Sequence record: NC_105514.1
Direction: 5' to 3' (one strand)
Source: Escherichia phage JLBYU40
DNA: 64,000 nt
The notes beneath the pieces are model-generated. The model did no database searches. It worked only from the letters and a program-made list of their open reading frames with translations, and was not told where the DNA came from. Positions within the stretch are counted from its first letter, which is position 1; every line of letters starts with the position of its first letter. Position numbers and translations under genes: made by a program. Of this stretch, positions 1-6,876 are shown piece after piece.

Positions 1-84
1 GTAAGGATTTTGATGTATTCTTACCTAAACGTTTGTCACTTACTACTAATCGAAATACTTTCATTTCGAAATCCTCTATTAAAG

Positions 85-162
85 TGGAAGCGGGTGCAGG
101 AATCGAACCTACCTCTTTCTAGCTTATGAGACTAGCGATCTCTACCAGAGATCTAACCCGCA
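85..162 (-). tRNA. tRNA with CAU anticodon (Met or Ile2/lysidine)
   Basis: Reverse complement folds as cloverleaf: T-arm GTAGG-TTCGATT-CCTGC, anticodon arm CTAGT-CTCATAA-GCTAG, CCA encoded; position 1-72 is a U.U mismatch. Confidence 0.55.
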
Positions 163-168
163 ATTGTT

Positions 169-246
169 TGGTCTCCGTGGGAGGATTTGAACCCCCGACC
201 CTATCGCCCCAAACGAAACGCTCTGGCCAAACTGAGCTACACGGAG
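169..246 (-). tRNA. tRNA-Pro (UGG)
   Basis: Acceptor CTCCGTG/CACGGAG, D-stem GCTC/GAGC, anticodon loop TTTGGGG, T-loop TTCAAAT, CCA encoded. Confidence 0.65.
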
Positions 247-250
247 AATA

Positions 251-409
251 TTATTTCTTTAACCACAGCAAAGATAAGCCCAGCATACTAAAACCGCTAA
301 CTAATCCGATACATTTTTCTTCTATAGTAAAAGTATCTAGATTAAATGCTGTTATAGCTATTGGCATACACCATAATGCCATAAAAACTTGAGATATCTT
401 GTGTTTCAT
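251..409 (-). CDS. small hypothetical protein (about 52 aa, hydrophobic)
   Basis: ATG-to-TAA ORF read by hand on minus strand directly downstream of promoter 431-459; below the 60-aa cutoff of the ORF track. Confidence 0.3.
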   Translation of the reverse strand: MKHKISQVFMALWCMPIAITAFNLDTFTIEEKCIGLVSGFSMLGLSLLWLKK

Positions 410-430
410 TTTGCTTTCCTTCTCTTCACT

Positions 431-459
431 TTATAAAATATATTATACAGATAATAAAG
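431..459 (-). promoter_or_regulatory. sigma70-type promoter (minus strand: -35 TTGCTA, 17 bp, -10 TATAAT)
   Basis: Plus strand shows attata (431-436) and tagcaa (454-459) 17 bp apart inside the conserved AT-rich cassette. Confidence 0.6.
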
Positions 460-620
460 CAGAATAGCAAATGAATTTTTAATAAATTTACTTATTGTGT
501 AGGCCACCTGGAGGCTACCAACCCCACGGCTGACAAAGAAGTTTGCGAGACCTCTCTTAAATGCCAGAATAGACCCGCCGGTCTATCGGAACCTACATAA
601 TAAGTAAACTTTATAGTGTC

Positions 621-740
621 ATTCTAGACAGGACTCGAACCTGTTATCACTTGTGCGGACTTACGAGAACCATTCTTTCACTCGAATCGAACGAGCTTCT
701 GCCCCCGCCAAGCTGGTTTCCCCATCAACCACGCTAGAAT
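621..740 (-). ncRNA. unresolved tRNA-like element (about 120 nt)
   Basis: Perfect 7-bp acceptor pairing ATTCTAG/CTAGAAT, D-like stem TGGT/ACCA, T-arm ACAGG-TTCGAGT-CCTGT, but about 45 extra nt in the middle and no canonical anticodon arm. Confidence 0.3.
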
Positions 741-862
741 GTTTGATTGTTTTCAGTGCAAGAGTCCGAGTCTTGGACACGACCGCTTCGCAAGTACATA
801 GGCGGCTTATCATGAGTCAGCACTTCCGAATTGCTAGCTTCGTGTTCTGCACTGAAATTTTG

Positions 863-1210
863 TTAATTTAATAGTAAAGTACGATCTACTTCACCATTAA
901 TTGTTCGGCATTCTTCTGGGATTGCTGGTGTAGTCTTATATTCCCACCATTCAGAACCATCATATTCACCACGTTCTAACCAAGTTCCATCGGTAAACCA
1001 TACGTTACCATAAAGCAATTGTCCGCCGAAACCAGAATCATATTTAAAGTCTAGATTATCTAGAAAATCTTCAATATCTTTTTCTGTATAACCTACGGGT
1101 AATACCCAAACTTCTTTATCCCCATAATAACCGAATTCTATCTTAATACACTTAACTTCAGAATTAGTATTCTTTAGGGCAAGTAACAATTCTTCTTTAG
1201 CATTAATCAT
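863..1210 (-). CDS. hypothetical protein (115 aa)
   Basis: ORF track; colinear with minus-strand early genes. Confidence 0.5.
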   Translation of the reverse strand: MINAKEELLLALKNTNSEVKCIKIEFGYYGDKEVWVLPVGYTEKDIEDFLDNLDFKYDSGFGGQLLYGNVWFTDGTWLERGEYDGSEWWEYKTTPAIPEECRTINGEVDRTLLLN

Positions 1211-1236
1211 AGCGTATTTCTCGTGCTAGTTTAGTT

Positions 1237-1313
1237 TGGCGCGACCGATGGGATTCGAACCCACATTCTCTCCCGTGACAGGGGAGTACCATTACCAAGC
1301 CAGCCCCGGTCGC
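1237..1313 (-). tRNA. tRNA-Asp (GUC)
   Basis: Acceptor GCGACCG/CGGTCGC, anticodon arm CTCCC-CTGTCAC-GGGAG, T-arm GTGGG-TTCGAAT-CCCAT, CCA encoded. Confidence 0.7.
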
Positions 1314-1322
1314 ATAATTCAT

Positions 1323-1508
1323 TTACTCAGCTTTGAGTTTTTCAATAGCTGCATTAAGTTCCTTAAGAAACTCTTTTCGTACATTAAGACGATTAAGACT
1401 TACTAGTATATCATGTTTAAGTTCTTCGATGTATTTCTTCTCAACTTCAATATTGTTGATAGTGCTATCACGATGAACTTCTAGCTGTGCAATTACGTTC
1501 TTGGACAT
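1323..1508 (-). CDS. hypothetical protein (61 aa)
   Basis: ORF track; helical, charged sequence. Confidence 0.4.
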   Translation of the reverse strand: MSKNVIAQLEVHRDSTINNIEVEKKYIEELKHDILVSLNRLNVRKEFLKELNAAIEKLKAE

Positions 1509-1610
1509 GCTTGTTTCCTCAGTTATTAATGAAAATGGTATCTGTGGCTGAATTCGATGTCAGCAATGATAGCTGGTTGGCTACCGGTTTACTTAACTCT
1601 ACACAGAATT

Positions 1611-1688
1611 TGGCGGTTCCTGCTGGATTCGAACCAGCAACCCTCAACTTAACAAGATGCCGCTCTAACCAATTAGAGCTAAGGAACC
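1611..1688 (-). tRNA. tRNA-Asn (GUU)
   Basis: Acceptor GGTTCCT/AGGAACC, D-stem GCTC/GAGC, anticodon loop TTGTTAA, T-arm GCTGG-TTCGAAT-CCAGC, CCA encoded; anticodon stem has two mismatches. Confidence 0.55.
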
Positions 1689-2183
1689 ATATAAGTCAGA
1701 ACTAGAGTTAATACGTTCTAGATATTTACTAAGATCTCTAGAATTTATACTAAACCACTCATGTTCTTTTAAATCTTTGAAATACTGGTGAATTAGTTTT
1801 TCACCTTTTCGTTTGTCAAACCAAAAAGACCAATGCTCTAACTTATAATCCCTATAAGGGGAATAAGTCTGATATTGAGCTAATCTCTCTTTTGGATTTT
1901 GACTCATACCTATTTTATACTGATTTTTCCATGCAGGATTACTAATACAGTATACAAAACCTTCAGAAATAGGAAGTTTATTTTCCTGCTTAAACTTTAT
2001 AAAGGAAAGTGCAGCAAGTTTTCTCGAATACATAGTATTTGTATTCTTTTTGGTATTACCATTGGTTCCTGAAAGATTTATATATTCTTCCATAAATCTT
2101 TGGATTAGTTCTGCGGTTATATAGAAGGGCTCATTAGTAACAATACCTTTCTTTACCAAACTATCAAAAACTCTTGTATGCAC
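1665..2183 (-). CDS. T5orf172-domain (GIY-YIG-like) protein
   Basis: 172-aa ORF; motif YKIGMSQNPKERLAQYQTYSPY resembles the T5orf172 / MUG113 domain; 3' end overlaps the tRNA-Asn gene. Confidence 0.5.
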   Translation of the reverse strand: MHTRVFDSLVKKGIVTNEPFYITAELIQRFMEEYINLSGTNGNTKKNTNTMYSRKLAALSFIKFKQENKLPISEGFVYCISNPAWKNQYKIGMSQNPKERLAQYQTYSPYRDYKLEHWSFWFDKRKGEKLIHQYFKDLKEHEWFSINSRDLSKYLERINSSSDLYGSLALIG

Positions 2184-2204
2184 TACTTCTTTCCTTTAGT
2201 AATT

Positions 2205-2280
2205 TGGACGACCGCATGAGATTTGAACTCACATAAAAAGGATTTGCAATCCTTCGCCTAAGCCATTCAGCCAACGGTCG
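2205..2280 (-). tRNA. tRNA-Cys (GCA)
   Basis: Acceptor CGACCGT/GCGGTCG, anticodon arm AAGGA-TTGCAAA-TCCTT, T-loop TTCAAAT, CCA encoded. Confidence 0.65.
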
Positions 2281-2328
2281 GTTTATCTTGTTCTGTCATG
2301 TTGCTTCTCCAGTTCAATTTATGTAATT

Positions 2329-2357
2329 ATTATACAGAACTTTTGGAAACTAAGCAA
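2329..2357 (-). promoter_or_regulatory. sigma70-type promoter (-35 TTGCTT, 17 bp, -10 TATAAT)
   Basis: Plus-strand attata 2329-2334 and aagcaa 2352-2357; conserved cassette. Confidence 0.6.
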
Positions 2358-2627
2358 CTACATTTTTAAGAATTTGATGCCTTTCTTTTTCTTCTTATAT
2401 TTCCACGTTAATGGATTCTGCCGATTGTGAACGCTTGAGATCTTCGTCTCGTCAAAGTTCTTCAATATCATGTAATCACAAGATAATTGTTCTAATGGAA
2501 TGTGATCACCGTCAAAAGCATATACATAAGGCTGTTGACTAACACGATAATGATAGACTTTGTTAATTCTACGTTTTAGCGACTTATCAGCGCAGTAAAT
2601 AAAGAAGTTTTCAGGATGCATCAGCAT
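2358..2627 (-). CDS. hypothetical protein (89 aa)
   Basis: ORF track. Confidence 0.4.
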   Translation of the reverse strand: MLMHPENFFIYCADKSLKRRINKVYHYRVSQQPYVYAFDGDHIPLEQLSCDYMILKNFDETKISSVHNRQNPLTWKYKKKKKGIKFLKM

Positions 2628-2641
2628 CTCCTTCGATTTGG

Positions 2642-2713
2642 TGCACCCTGTTCGTATCGAACGAACCTCTCAAGCTCTTCAGGCAAGCGCTAATCCATCT
2701 CAGCTAAAGGTGC
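2642..2713 (-). tRNA. probable tRNA-Phe (GAA)
   Basis: Acceptor GCACCTT/AGGGTGC, D-stem GCTG/TAGC, anticodon loop CTGAAGA, T-arm GTTCG-TTCGATA-CGAAC; anticodon stem weak (two U.U). Confidence 0.4.
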
Positions 2714-2719
2714 AAATTT

Positions 2720-2796
2720 TGGCAAACCTACTAGGACTCGAACCTAGACCGTACGGTTTTGGAGACCGACATGCTGTCCAGTAACACTCTAGGAAT
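2720..2796 (-). tRNA. possible tRNA-Trp (CCA)
   Basis: T-arm CTAGG-TTCGAGT-CCTAG with encoded CCA, anticodon loop CTCCAAA; acceptor pairing imperfect, 5' boundary uncertain. Confidence 0.35.
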
Positions 2797-2804
2797 GCAG
2801 AAAT

Positions 2805-2881
2805 TGGCGTCCTGTGCGGGGATCGAACCCGCAAATCCTACCTTGAAAGGGTAGTGACTTTACCAGTTTGTCTAACAGGAC
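2805..2881 (-). tRNA. tRNA-Glu (UUC)
   Basis: Acceptor GTCCTGT/ACAGGAC, anticodon arm CTACC-CTTTCAA-GGTAG, T-arm GCGGG-TTCGATC-CCCGC, CCA encoded. Confidence 0.7.
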
Positions 2882-2888
2882 TTAAATT

Positions 2889-2979
2889 TGGTGTTGGATG
2901 ATGGAGTCGAACCACCCGAGACCCTTCCGAGTCGGCAGATTTACAGTCTGCTTCGCTACCTCTACGATACTAATCCAAC
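2889..2979 (-). tRNA. tRNA-Tyr (GUA), long variable arm
   Basis: Acceptor GTTGGAT/ATCCAAC, anticodon arm GCAGA-CTGTAAA-TCTGC, about 18-nt variable arm, T-loop TTCGACT, CCA encoded. Confidence 0.65.
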
Positions 2980-3042
2980 ATATTTAAAAGTATTCAAATA
3001 CTAGTTTAAACACTTTTAAATATGTTTCCGAATTAGATAACT

Positions 3043-3071
3043 ATTATATCAAGTTTTAAGGCACTGAGCAA
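3043..3071 (-). promoter_or_regulatory. sigma70-type promoter driving the tRNA operon (-35 TTGCTC, -10 TATAAT)
   Basis: Plus-strand attata 3043-3048 and gagcaa 3066-3071, 17-bp spacer. Confidence 0.5.
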
Positions 3072-3107
3072 GTCAAATTTTAAAGAACTTGCTCAGTGCT
3101 GTATTAG

Positions 3108-3383
3108 TTAGTCGAACTTAGGAGTGACAGTTAAGGAGAACGGAAGTTCGAAAACTTCTTCGCCCTCATTACTAACGGTAACTACACGACCTTTAAGTTC
3201 AGACATTAAAATATCAATATCAGCTTTTGCATCTGGAGCCATGCCAGCTTCAATACATTTAGCTTTAACTTCCGGTAAAAGCTCTACGTTATAGAGATAG
3301 AGCCACTCAATCTCACCTTCCCAGTCTTCCCAGGATTTGCAGATTGCACTTTCAATACCAGTTGCTACAACACGATTTTGCAT
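3108..3383 (-). CDS. hypothetical protein (91 aa)
   Basis: ORF track. Confidence 0.45.
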   Translation of the reverse strand: MQNRVVATGIESAICKSWEDWEGEIEWLYLYNVELLPEVKAKCIEAGMAPDAKADIDILMSELKGRVVTVSNEGEEVFELPFSLTVTPKFD

Positions 3384-3413
3384 TAATTAACTCCTTCATC
3401 AATTTATATAACT

Positions 3414-3443
3414 ATTATACCAGAAATTTAAAGTAAAAGGCAA
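3414..3443 (-). promoter_or_regulatory. sigma70-type promoter (-35 TTGCCT, -10 TATAAT)
   Basis: Plus-strand attata 3414-3419 and aggcaa 3438-3443, 18-bp spacer. Confidence 0.45.
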
Positions 3444-3473
3444 GTACATTTTTAAAAATTCTGTTTGGAGGAG

Positions 3474-3680
3474 CTAAACTCCAGATTTTTCGGCCAAGTC
3501 TAGACTAATAAGAGTTATAGCCATAATTGCTGCACCGTGTTCTTTTTCTCCGGTGTTTTTAGCAGAGTCTATAATATCCTTAATCTGTTCGTAATAACTT
3601 TTTACTTCTTGTTCAATGCCTGCCTCGGCTATCATGCCTTTAGCCATGAATCGTTGCATGGTAATTTCAGGATTAGCCAT
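3474..3680 (-). CDS. hypothetical protein (68 aa)
   Basis: ORF track; start overlaps stop of upstream small ORF (ATGGCTAA). Confidence 0.4.
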   Translation of the reverse strand: MANPEITMQRFMAKGMIAEAGIEQEVKSYYEQIKDIIDSAKNTGEKEHGAAIMAITLISLDLAEKSGV

Positions 3681-3840
3681 GTTGTTTCTCCAGTTTCATT
3701 TTTAATAGTTTACAGATGAAATCAACGTCTTCATCTGTGCCTAAGTCTCTATCCTCAAGGGTCGCCTTGAAGTTTTTCGTCAATTCCATGAGGATGACTT
3801 CCCTAGAACGACGTGTTGGCGGAGGTGGATGTCTATACAT
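3673..3840 (-). CDS. hypothetical small protein (about 55 aa)
   Basis: Hand-read ORF (MYRHPPPPTRRS...) with SD AAGGAAA upstream of ATG at 3840; stop overlaps next start. Confidence 0.35.
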   Translation of the reverse strand: MYRHPPPPTRRSREVILMELTKNFKATLEDRDLGTDEDVDFICKLLKMKLEKQHG

Positions 3841-3855
3841 CTTATTTCCTTAATT

Positions 3856-3932
3856 TGGTAGGGGTGGTGGGATTCGAACCCACAAAACCTGAATTTTAAG
3901 TCCAGTACCTATGCCAATTCGATTACACCCCC
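3856..3932 (-). tRNA. tRNA with UAA anticodon but short variable arm (identity uncertain)
   Basis: Acceptor GGGGGTG/CACCCCT, anticodon arm CTGGA-CTTAAAA-TTCAG, T-arm GTGGG-TTCGAAT-CCCAC, CCA encoded; D-arm poorly paired. Confidence 0.45.
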
Positions 3933-3939
3933 GTGTAAT

Positions 3940-4128
3940 TTAGTCAATTACTTTTGAAGCTTCAAGGTAGTCGATATAGTGTACGTTTTCTACCGTAATC
4001 ATATAATCTGCCACTTTATCCATAGCTTGGGCTTCAGAGGTAGCTCTGGCTAACCTATATCCTTTTTTATATTCATCAGAGTATTCTCTATCTTGAATAA
4101 ACACAACATAAACTACGTATAATTCCAC
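3940..4128 (-). CDS. hypothetical protein (about 62 aa; GTG start inferred)
   Basis: The 111-aa ORF in the track runs into tRNA genes; AGGGGG then GTG at about 4128 gives a tRNA-free CDS. Confidence 0.3.
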   Translation of the reverse strand: MELYVVYVVFIQDREYSDEYKKGYRLARATSEAQAMDKVADYMITVENVHYIDYLEASKVID

Positions 4129-4150
4129 TTGTAACCCCCTAATTAAGTTG

Positions 4151-4225
4151 GTGGCTCCCCGAGGATTCGAACCTACGTACCTTCCGGTTATGAGCCGGGT
4201 GCTCATACCATATGAGCTTGAGAAC
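4151..4225 (-). tRNA. tRNA with CAU anticodon (Met or Ile2)
   Basis: Acceptor GGTTCTC/GGGAGCC, D-stem GCTC/GAGC, anticodon arm CCCGG-CTCATAA-CCGGA, T-loop TTCGAAT; no encoded CCA. Confidence 0.5.
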
Positions 4226-4231
4226 CAAAAT

Positions 4232-4320
4232 CTGGCGGAAGAAGTGGGAATCGAACCCACAAGGCTATATTTCAAACCGACAGATTAGCAATCTGCTGCA
4301 ATACCGTTATGCTATTCTTC
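4232..4320 (-). tRNA. tRNA-Ser (GCU), long variable arm
   Basis: Acceptor GGAAGAA/TTCTTCC, anticodon arm GCAGA-TTGCTAA-TCTGT, long variable arm, T-arm GTGGG-TTCGATT-CCCAC, CCA encoded. Confidence 0.65.
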
Positions 4321-4342
4321 CGAATTTATAAGATATATTATA

Positions 4343-4864
4343 TTAGAAATTTAGCTTCATAGCAAGAAAATTTTTCAAGTTTTCGGTAGACATCTCATCT
4401 ACATCTACAGGAGAAACAAAGCCGTTTAATTTTCTAGCAAATTTTTCACCATCGGGATCATTGTCTCCAACAGCTACCAATTTAAAAGGTAGTAATTTCA
4501 GTTGCTTTAATAACGCTTTTCCTGGAGAAGAACCCAACATTGCTAGGGCTGGATAACCAGCGTTATGTAACGCAACTGCCTTAAATACAGATTCAGCAAT
4601 CAATACTACTTTTTCATCTCCATTGAGAGTTTCTAGTCCCCATACACACTGGGTAGTAGAATAAGTAAAGTATTTAGCTTCAAAGGGGCACTTACCATGA
4701 CCTTTTGGAGCAGAAGGATTATAAGTTTGATAGCCCCTCAACATCCCAGAGAAGTCATACAACGGGACTGTTAGCCATCCTTCTGGACTTAACCAGCAAT
4801 GATATTTATCTGTATCAAATCCCCTAGATAAGAGGTGCTGTGTTAGCTCATCAACATTCATATT
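4343..4864 (-). CDS. Toprim-like domain protein (hypothetical)
   Basis: Motifs IAESVFK and LVAVGDNDPDGEKFARKL resemble a Toprim acidic patch; start moved to MNVDEL. Confidence 0.4.
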   Translation of the reverse strand, partial: NMNVDELTQHLLSRGFDTDKYHCWLSPEGWLTVPLYDFSGMLRGYQTYNPSAPKGHGKCPFEAKYFTYSTTQCVWGLETLNGDEKVVLIAESVFKAVALHNAGYPALAMLGSSPGKALLKQLKLLPFKLVAVGDNDPDGEKFARKLNGFVSPVDVDEMSTENLKNFLAMKLNF

Positions 4865-4891
4865 TGGTTCCTCTCTCAAATTTATAGATAT

Positions 4892-4920
4892 ATTATACAG
4901 AGAATTTAGCATTCAAGCAA
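4892..4920 (-). promoter_or_regulatory. sigma70-type promoter (-35 TTGCTT, 17 bp, -10 TATAAT)
   Basis: Plus-strand attata 4892-4897, aagcaa 4915-4920. Confidence 0.6.
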
Positions 4921-5036
4921 TCAAATTTTTTAACTTTTTAGAGGAAAATCATAGGGCGCTTAAGGGTAACAGATAAGTGGTGAGGACCAAAATTTGTGAC
5001 CCCACTAAAAATCCGGGGGCAATTTTTAAAGACCCC

Positions 5037-5065
5037 TTGACATTTTCGCTGGGGTAGTGTAAAGT
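5037..5065 (+). promoter_or_regulatory. sigma70-type promoter (-35 TTGACA, about 17 bp, -10 TAAAGT)
   Basis: ttgaca at 5037-5042; TAAAGT/TATAT-like -10 about 17 bp downstream; followed by SD AGGAGG. Confidence 0.5.
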
Positions 5066-5127
5066 ATATGTTATGGATGAGTGATCAAAGAGACACACAT
5101 TTTCTATATACTAGGAGGTGTCAAAAA

Positions 5128-6114
5128 ATGACAGAAGAAGTAGCTAAGAGTCCTGAGACCGTCGCTAGCGTTGCAGCAGAACTGCACCGTCACGAGGAAT
5201 CAGATAAGAAAAAGTGGGAGAAGGTCAGAGCCTACGAAGAAAAACATCGTGAACACGATGATGAAGAAGATGACGATGATGAACATTGTCATAAATATGG
5301 AAAACATAAAATGCAAGAACCAGTAAACGTATTCACTAGTGGCTTCCCTGGCCTACTGGGTGGTTACCCAGCAAACGCAGGTGCTTTCGGTGGTGAAGGT
5401 ATGGGACTATTCGGAGCTATCCTAATCGGTGCTCTATTAACAGGTGGATTCGGTGGTTTCGGTGGATTCGGTGGACGTGGTGTAGTTGGTGAAGGTACCG
5501 CAGTTGATGCAGTACTTCAGAACCAAGATACCGCTAGTATTCTAGCAGCTATTAACACTACTCGTACAGAAGCTAATCAGGGTACTGGGGCTGTGTTAAG
5601 CGCAGTTAACAATGGTTTTAGCCAGACATCCCAAAACCAGAGCCGTGATACTCAGTCTGTACTAACTACGATTTATGGTACAGGTGCTAATCTGTCTAAT
5701 CAGATCTGCCAGGAAACTCGCAACGTTATTCAGGGTCAGTTCGATCTTTCTCGCCAGATTGATCAATCTTTCGCAGCTAACCAGATAGCTCGTGCACAAG
5801 ATAAATTTGATTCTGCACAGATCGCTTTCCAGCAGACTTTACAAACTAATAACCAGTTTGCCGCTGTTCAGGCTCAGATGTGTGCTAACCAGAACTCTCT
5901 GGAACGTCAGATCGCTGAATGTTGCTGTGAACTTCAGACTGCGATCGCTGGTGTAACTACTGCGCGTATCCAGGATGAGTTAGATGCATGTCGCCTACGT
6001 GAGGCAATCGCTGCGGGTAATGGTGCTAACGATCAGGTAATTAATCAAATCGCTGTAAGTCTTGGTGCAATCACTCAGACTCTGGCTGGTCTGCAGGCTA
6101 AACTGCCGGCTTAA
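5128..6114 (+). CDS. hypothetical protein: acidic/His-rich N-terminus, Gly-zipper hydrophobic segment, long Gln/Asn/Ala-rich helical region
   Basis: ATG 5128 after AGGAGG; GFGGFGGFGG and GAILIGALLTGG; codons biased to highly expressed E. coli-like usage. Confidence 0.6.
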   Translation: MTEEVAKSPETVASVAAELHRHEESDKKKWEKVRAYEEKHREHDDEEDDDDEHCHKYGKHKMQEPVNVFTSGFPGLLGGYPANAGAFGGEGMGLFGAILIGALLTGGFGGFGGFGGRGVVGEGTAVDAVLQNQDTASILAAINTTRTEANQGTGAVLSAVNNGFSQTSQNQSRDTQSVLTTIYGTGANLSNQICQETRNVIQGQFDLSRQIDQSFAANQIARAQDKFDSAQIAFQQTLQTNNQFAAVQAQMCANQNSLERQIAECCCELQTAIAGVTTARIQDELDACRLREAIAAGNGANDQVINQIAVSLGAITQTLAGLQAKLPA

Positions 6115-6135
6115 TATTAAGGGGAGGAGCCCATT

Positions 6136-6552
6136 ATGAGTAAATATGGTTTTGTAAATAACGGACTTAATCAAAGTATGGGCTCCCAGCAGCCCATTCC
6201 GGGTCTGGATAACCCCTACTTACAACAATTGCAACAGCGTTTAGCAGAAGCGCAACAGATGCAGCAACAACTCCAGCAAAACCCTGGAAGTGTGAGTCCT
6301 ATGCAAATGATGCAGCAAATGAGCGGGCAGTCGCAAATGCCTCAACAAATGCAGCAACAGGTGCCTCAGCAGCAAGTTCAGCAACAAACCCAACAACCGC
6401 AGGTTTCTGCGGAAGGACAGGCAGTACTAGCCCTTTTCGAAGACTTCGCAAAGACAGAGGATGGGAAACAGCTTGTATCACTTATGGGTAAGTTTAATAG
6501 CTTCTGCCAAAGCCAGGTTGCAAAAGCTCAAAATAGTGGTAATAACTCCTAA
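6136..6552 (+). CDS. hypothetical Gln-rich protein (138 aa)
   Basis: ORF with SD GGGGAGGAG upstream; about 35% Gln in the central region. Confidence 0.5.
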   Translation: MSKYGFVNNGLNQSMGSQQPIPGLDNPYLQQLQQRLAEAQQMQQQLQQNPGSVSPMQMMQQMSGQSQMPQQMQQQVPQQQVQQQTQQPQVSAEGQAVLALFEDFAKTEDGKQLVSLMGKFNSFCQSQVAKAQNSGNNS

Positions 6553-6561
6553 GGAGGAATT

Positions 6562-6756
6562 ATGTGTTGCAGAAAATCTGTTTCGTGCTGCCCAATGCCT
6601 GTAGCACGTTGTTGCTCTCCAGCAATGTTTACGCAAATACCGGCGTTCAATCCGTTTGCCTTTAAGCCTACTCTTATCCTGCCCCCTAGAGTAGATTTTC
6701 AGTCAAGATTGGCCTCCCGTATGGGTAGTTGCTGTAACAAGAGTATATGGTTCTAA
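6562..6756 (+). CDS. hypothetical Cys-rich small protein (64 aa, four CC doublets)
   Basis: Strong SD AAGGAGGA 5 nt before ATG; 8 Cys arranged as CC pairs. Confidence 0.4.
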   Translation: MCCRKSVSCCPMPVARCCSPAMFTQIPAFNPFAFKPTLILPPRVDFQSRLASRMGSCCNKSIWF

Positions 6757-6772
6757 GGAACCAAACAATAAA

Positions 6773-6806
6773 GCCCCTAGTCGAAAGACTTAGGGGCTTT
6801 TCTTTT
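6773..6806 (+). terminator. rho-independent terminator
   Basis: GCCCCTA/TAGGGGC stem followed by TTTTCTTTT. Confidence 0.6.
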
Positions 6807-6816
6807 ATCTTAAATA

Positions 6817-6851
6817 CAGAAAAGCCCTGCGCTCTCTAGGAAACGCAGGGC
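6817..6851 (-). terminator. rho-independent terminator for the convergent minus-strand gene
   Basis: GCCCTGCG/CGCAGGGC 8-bp stem; U-tract on minus strand (plus-strand agaaaa). Confidence 0.55.
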
Positions 6852-6876
6852 TTATTTCAGATGTTACATGCGGGTA

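Noticed and set aside
126-392. 88-aa plus-strand ORF from the track
   Set aside because: Lies across two minus-strand tRNA genes (Met/Ile and Pro); no RBS; reading-frame artefact
653-871. 72-aa plus-strand ORF
   Set aside because: Overlaps the tRNA-like element at 621-740; opposite to local transcription; no RBS
1487-1705. 72-aa plus-strand ORF
   Set aside because: Runs through tRNA-Asn on the opposite strand
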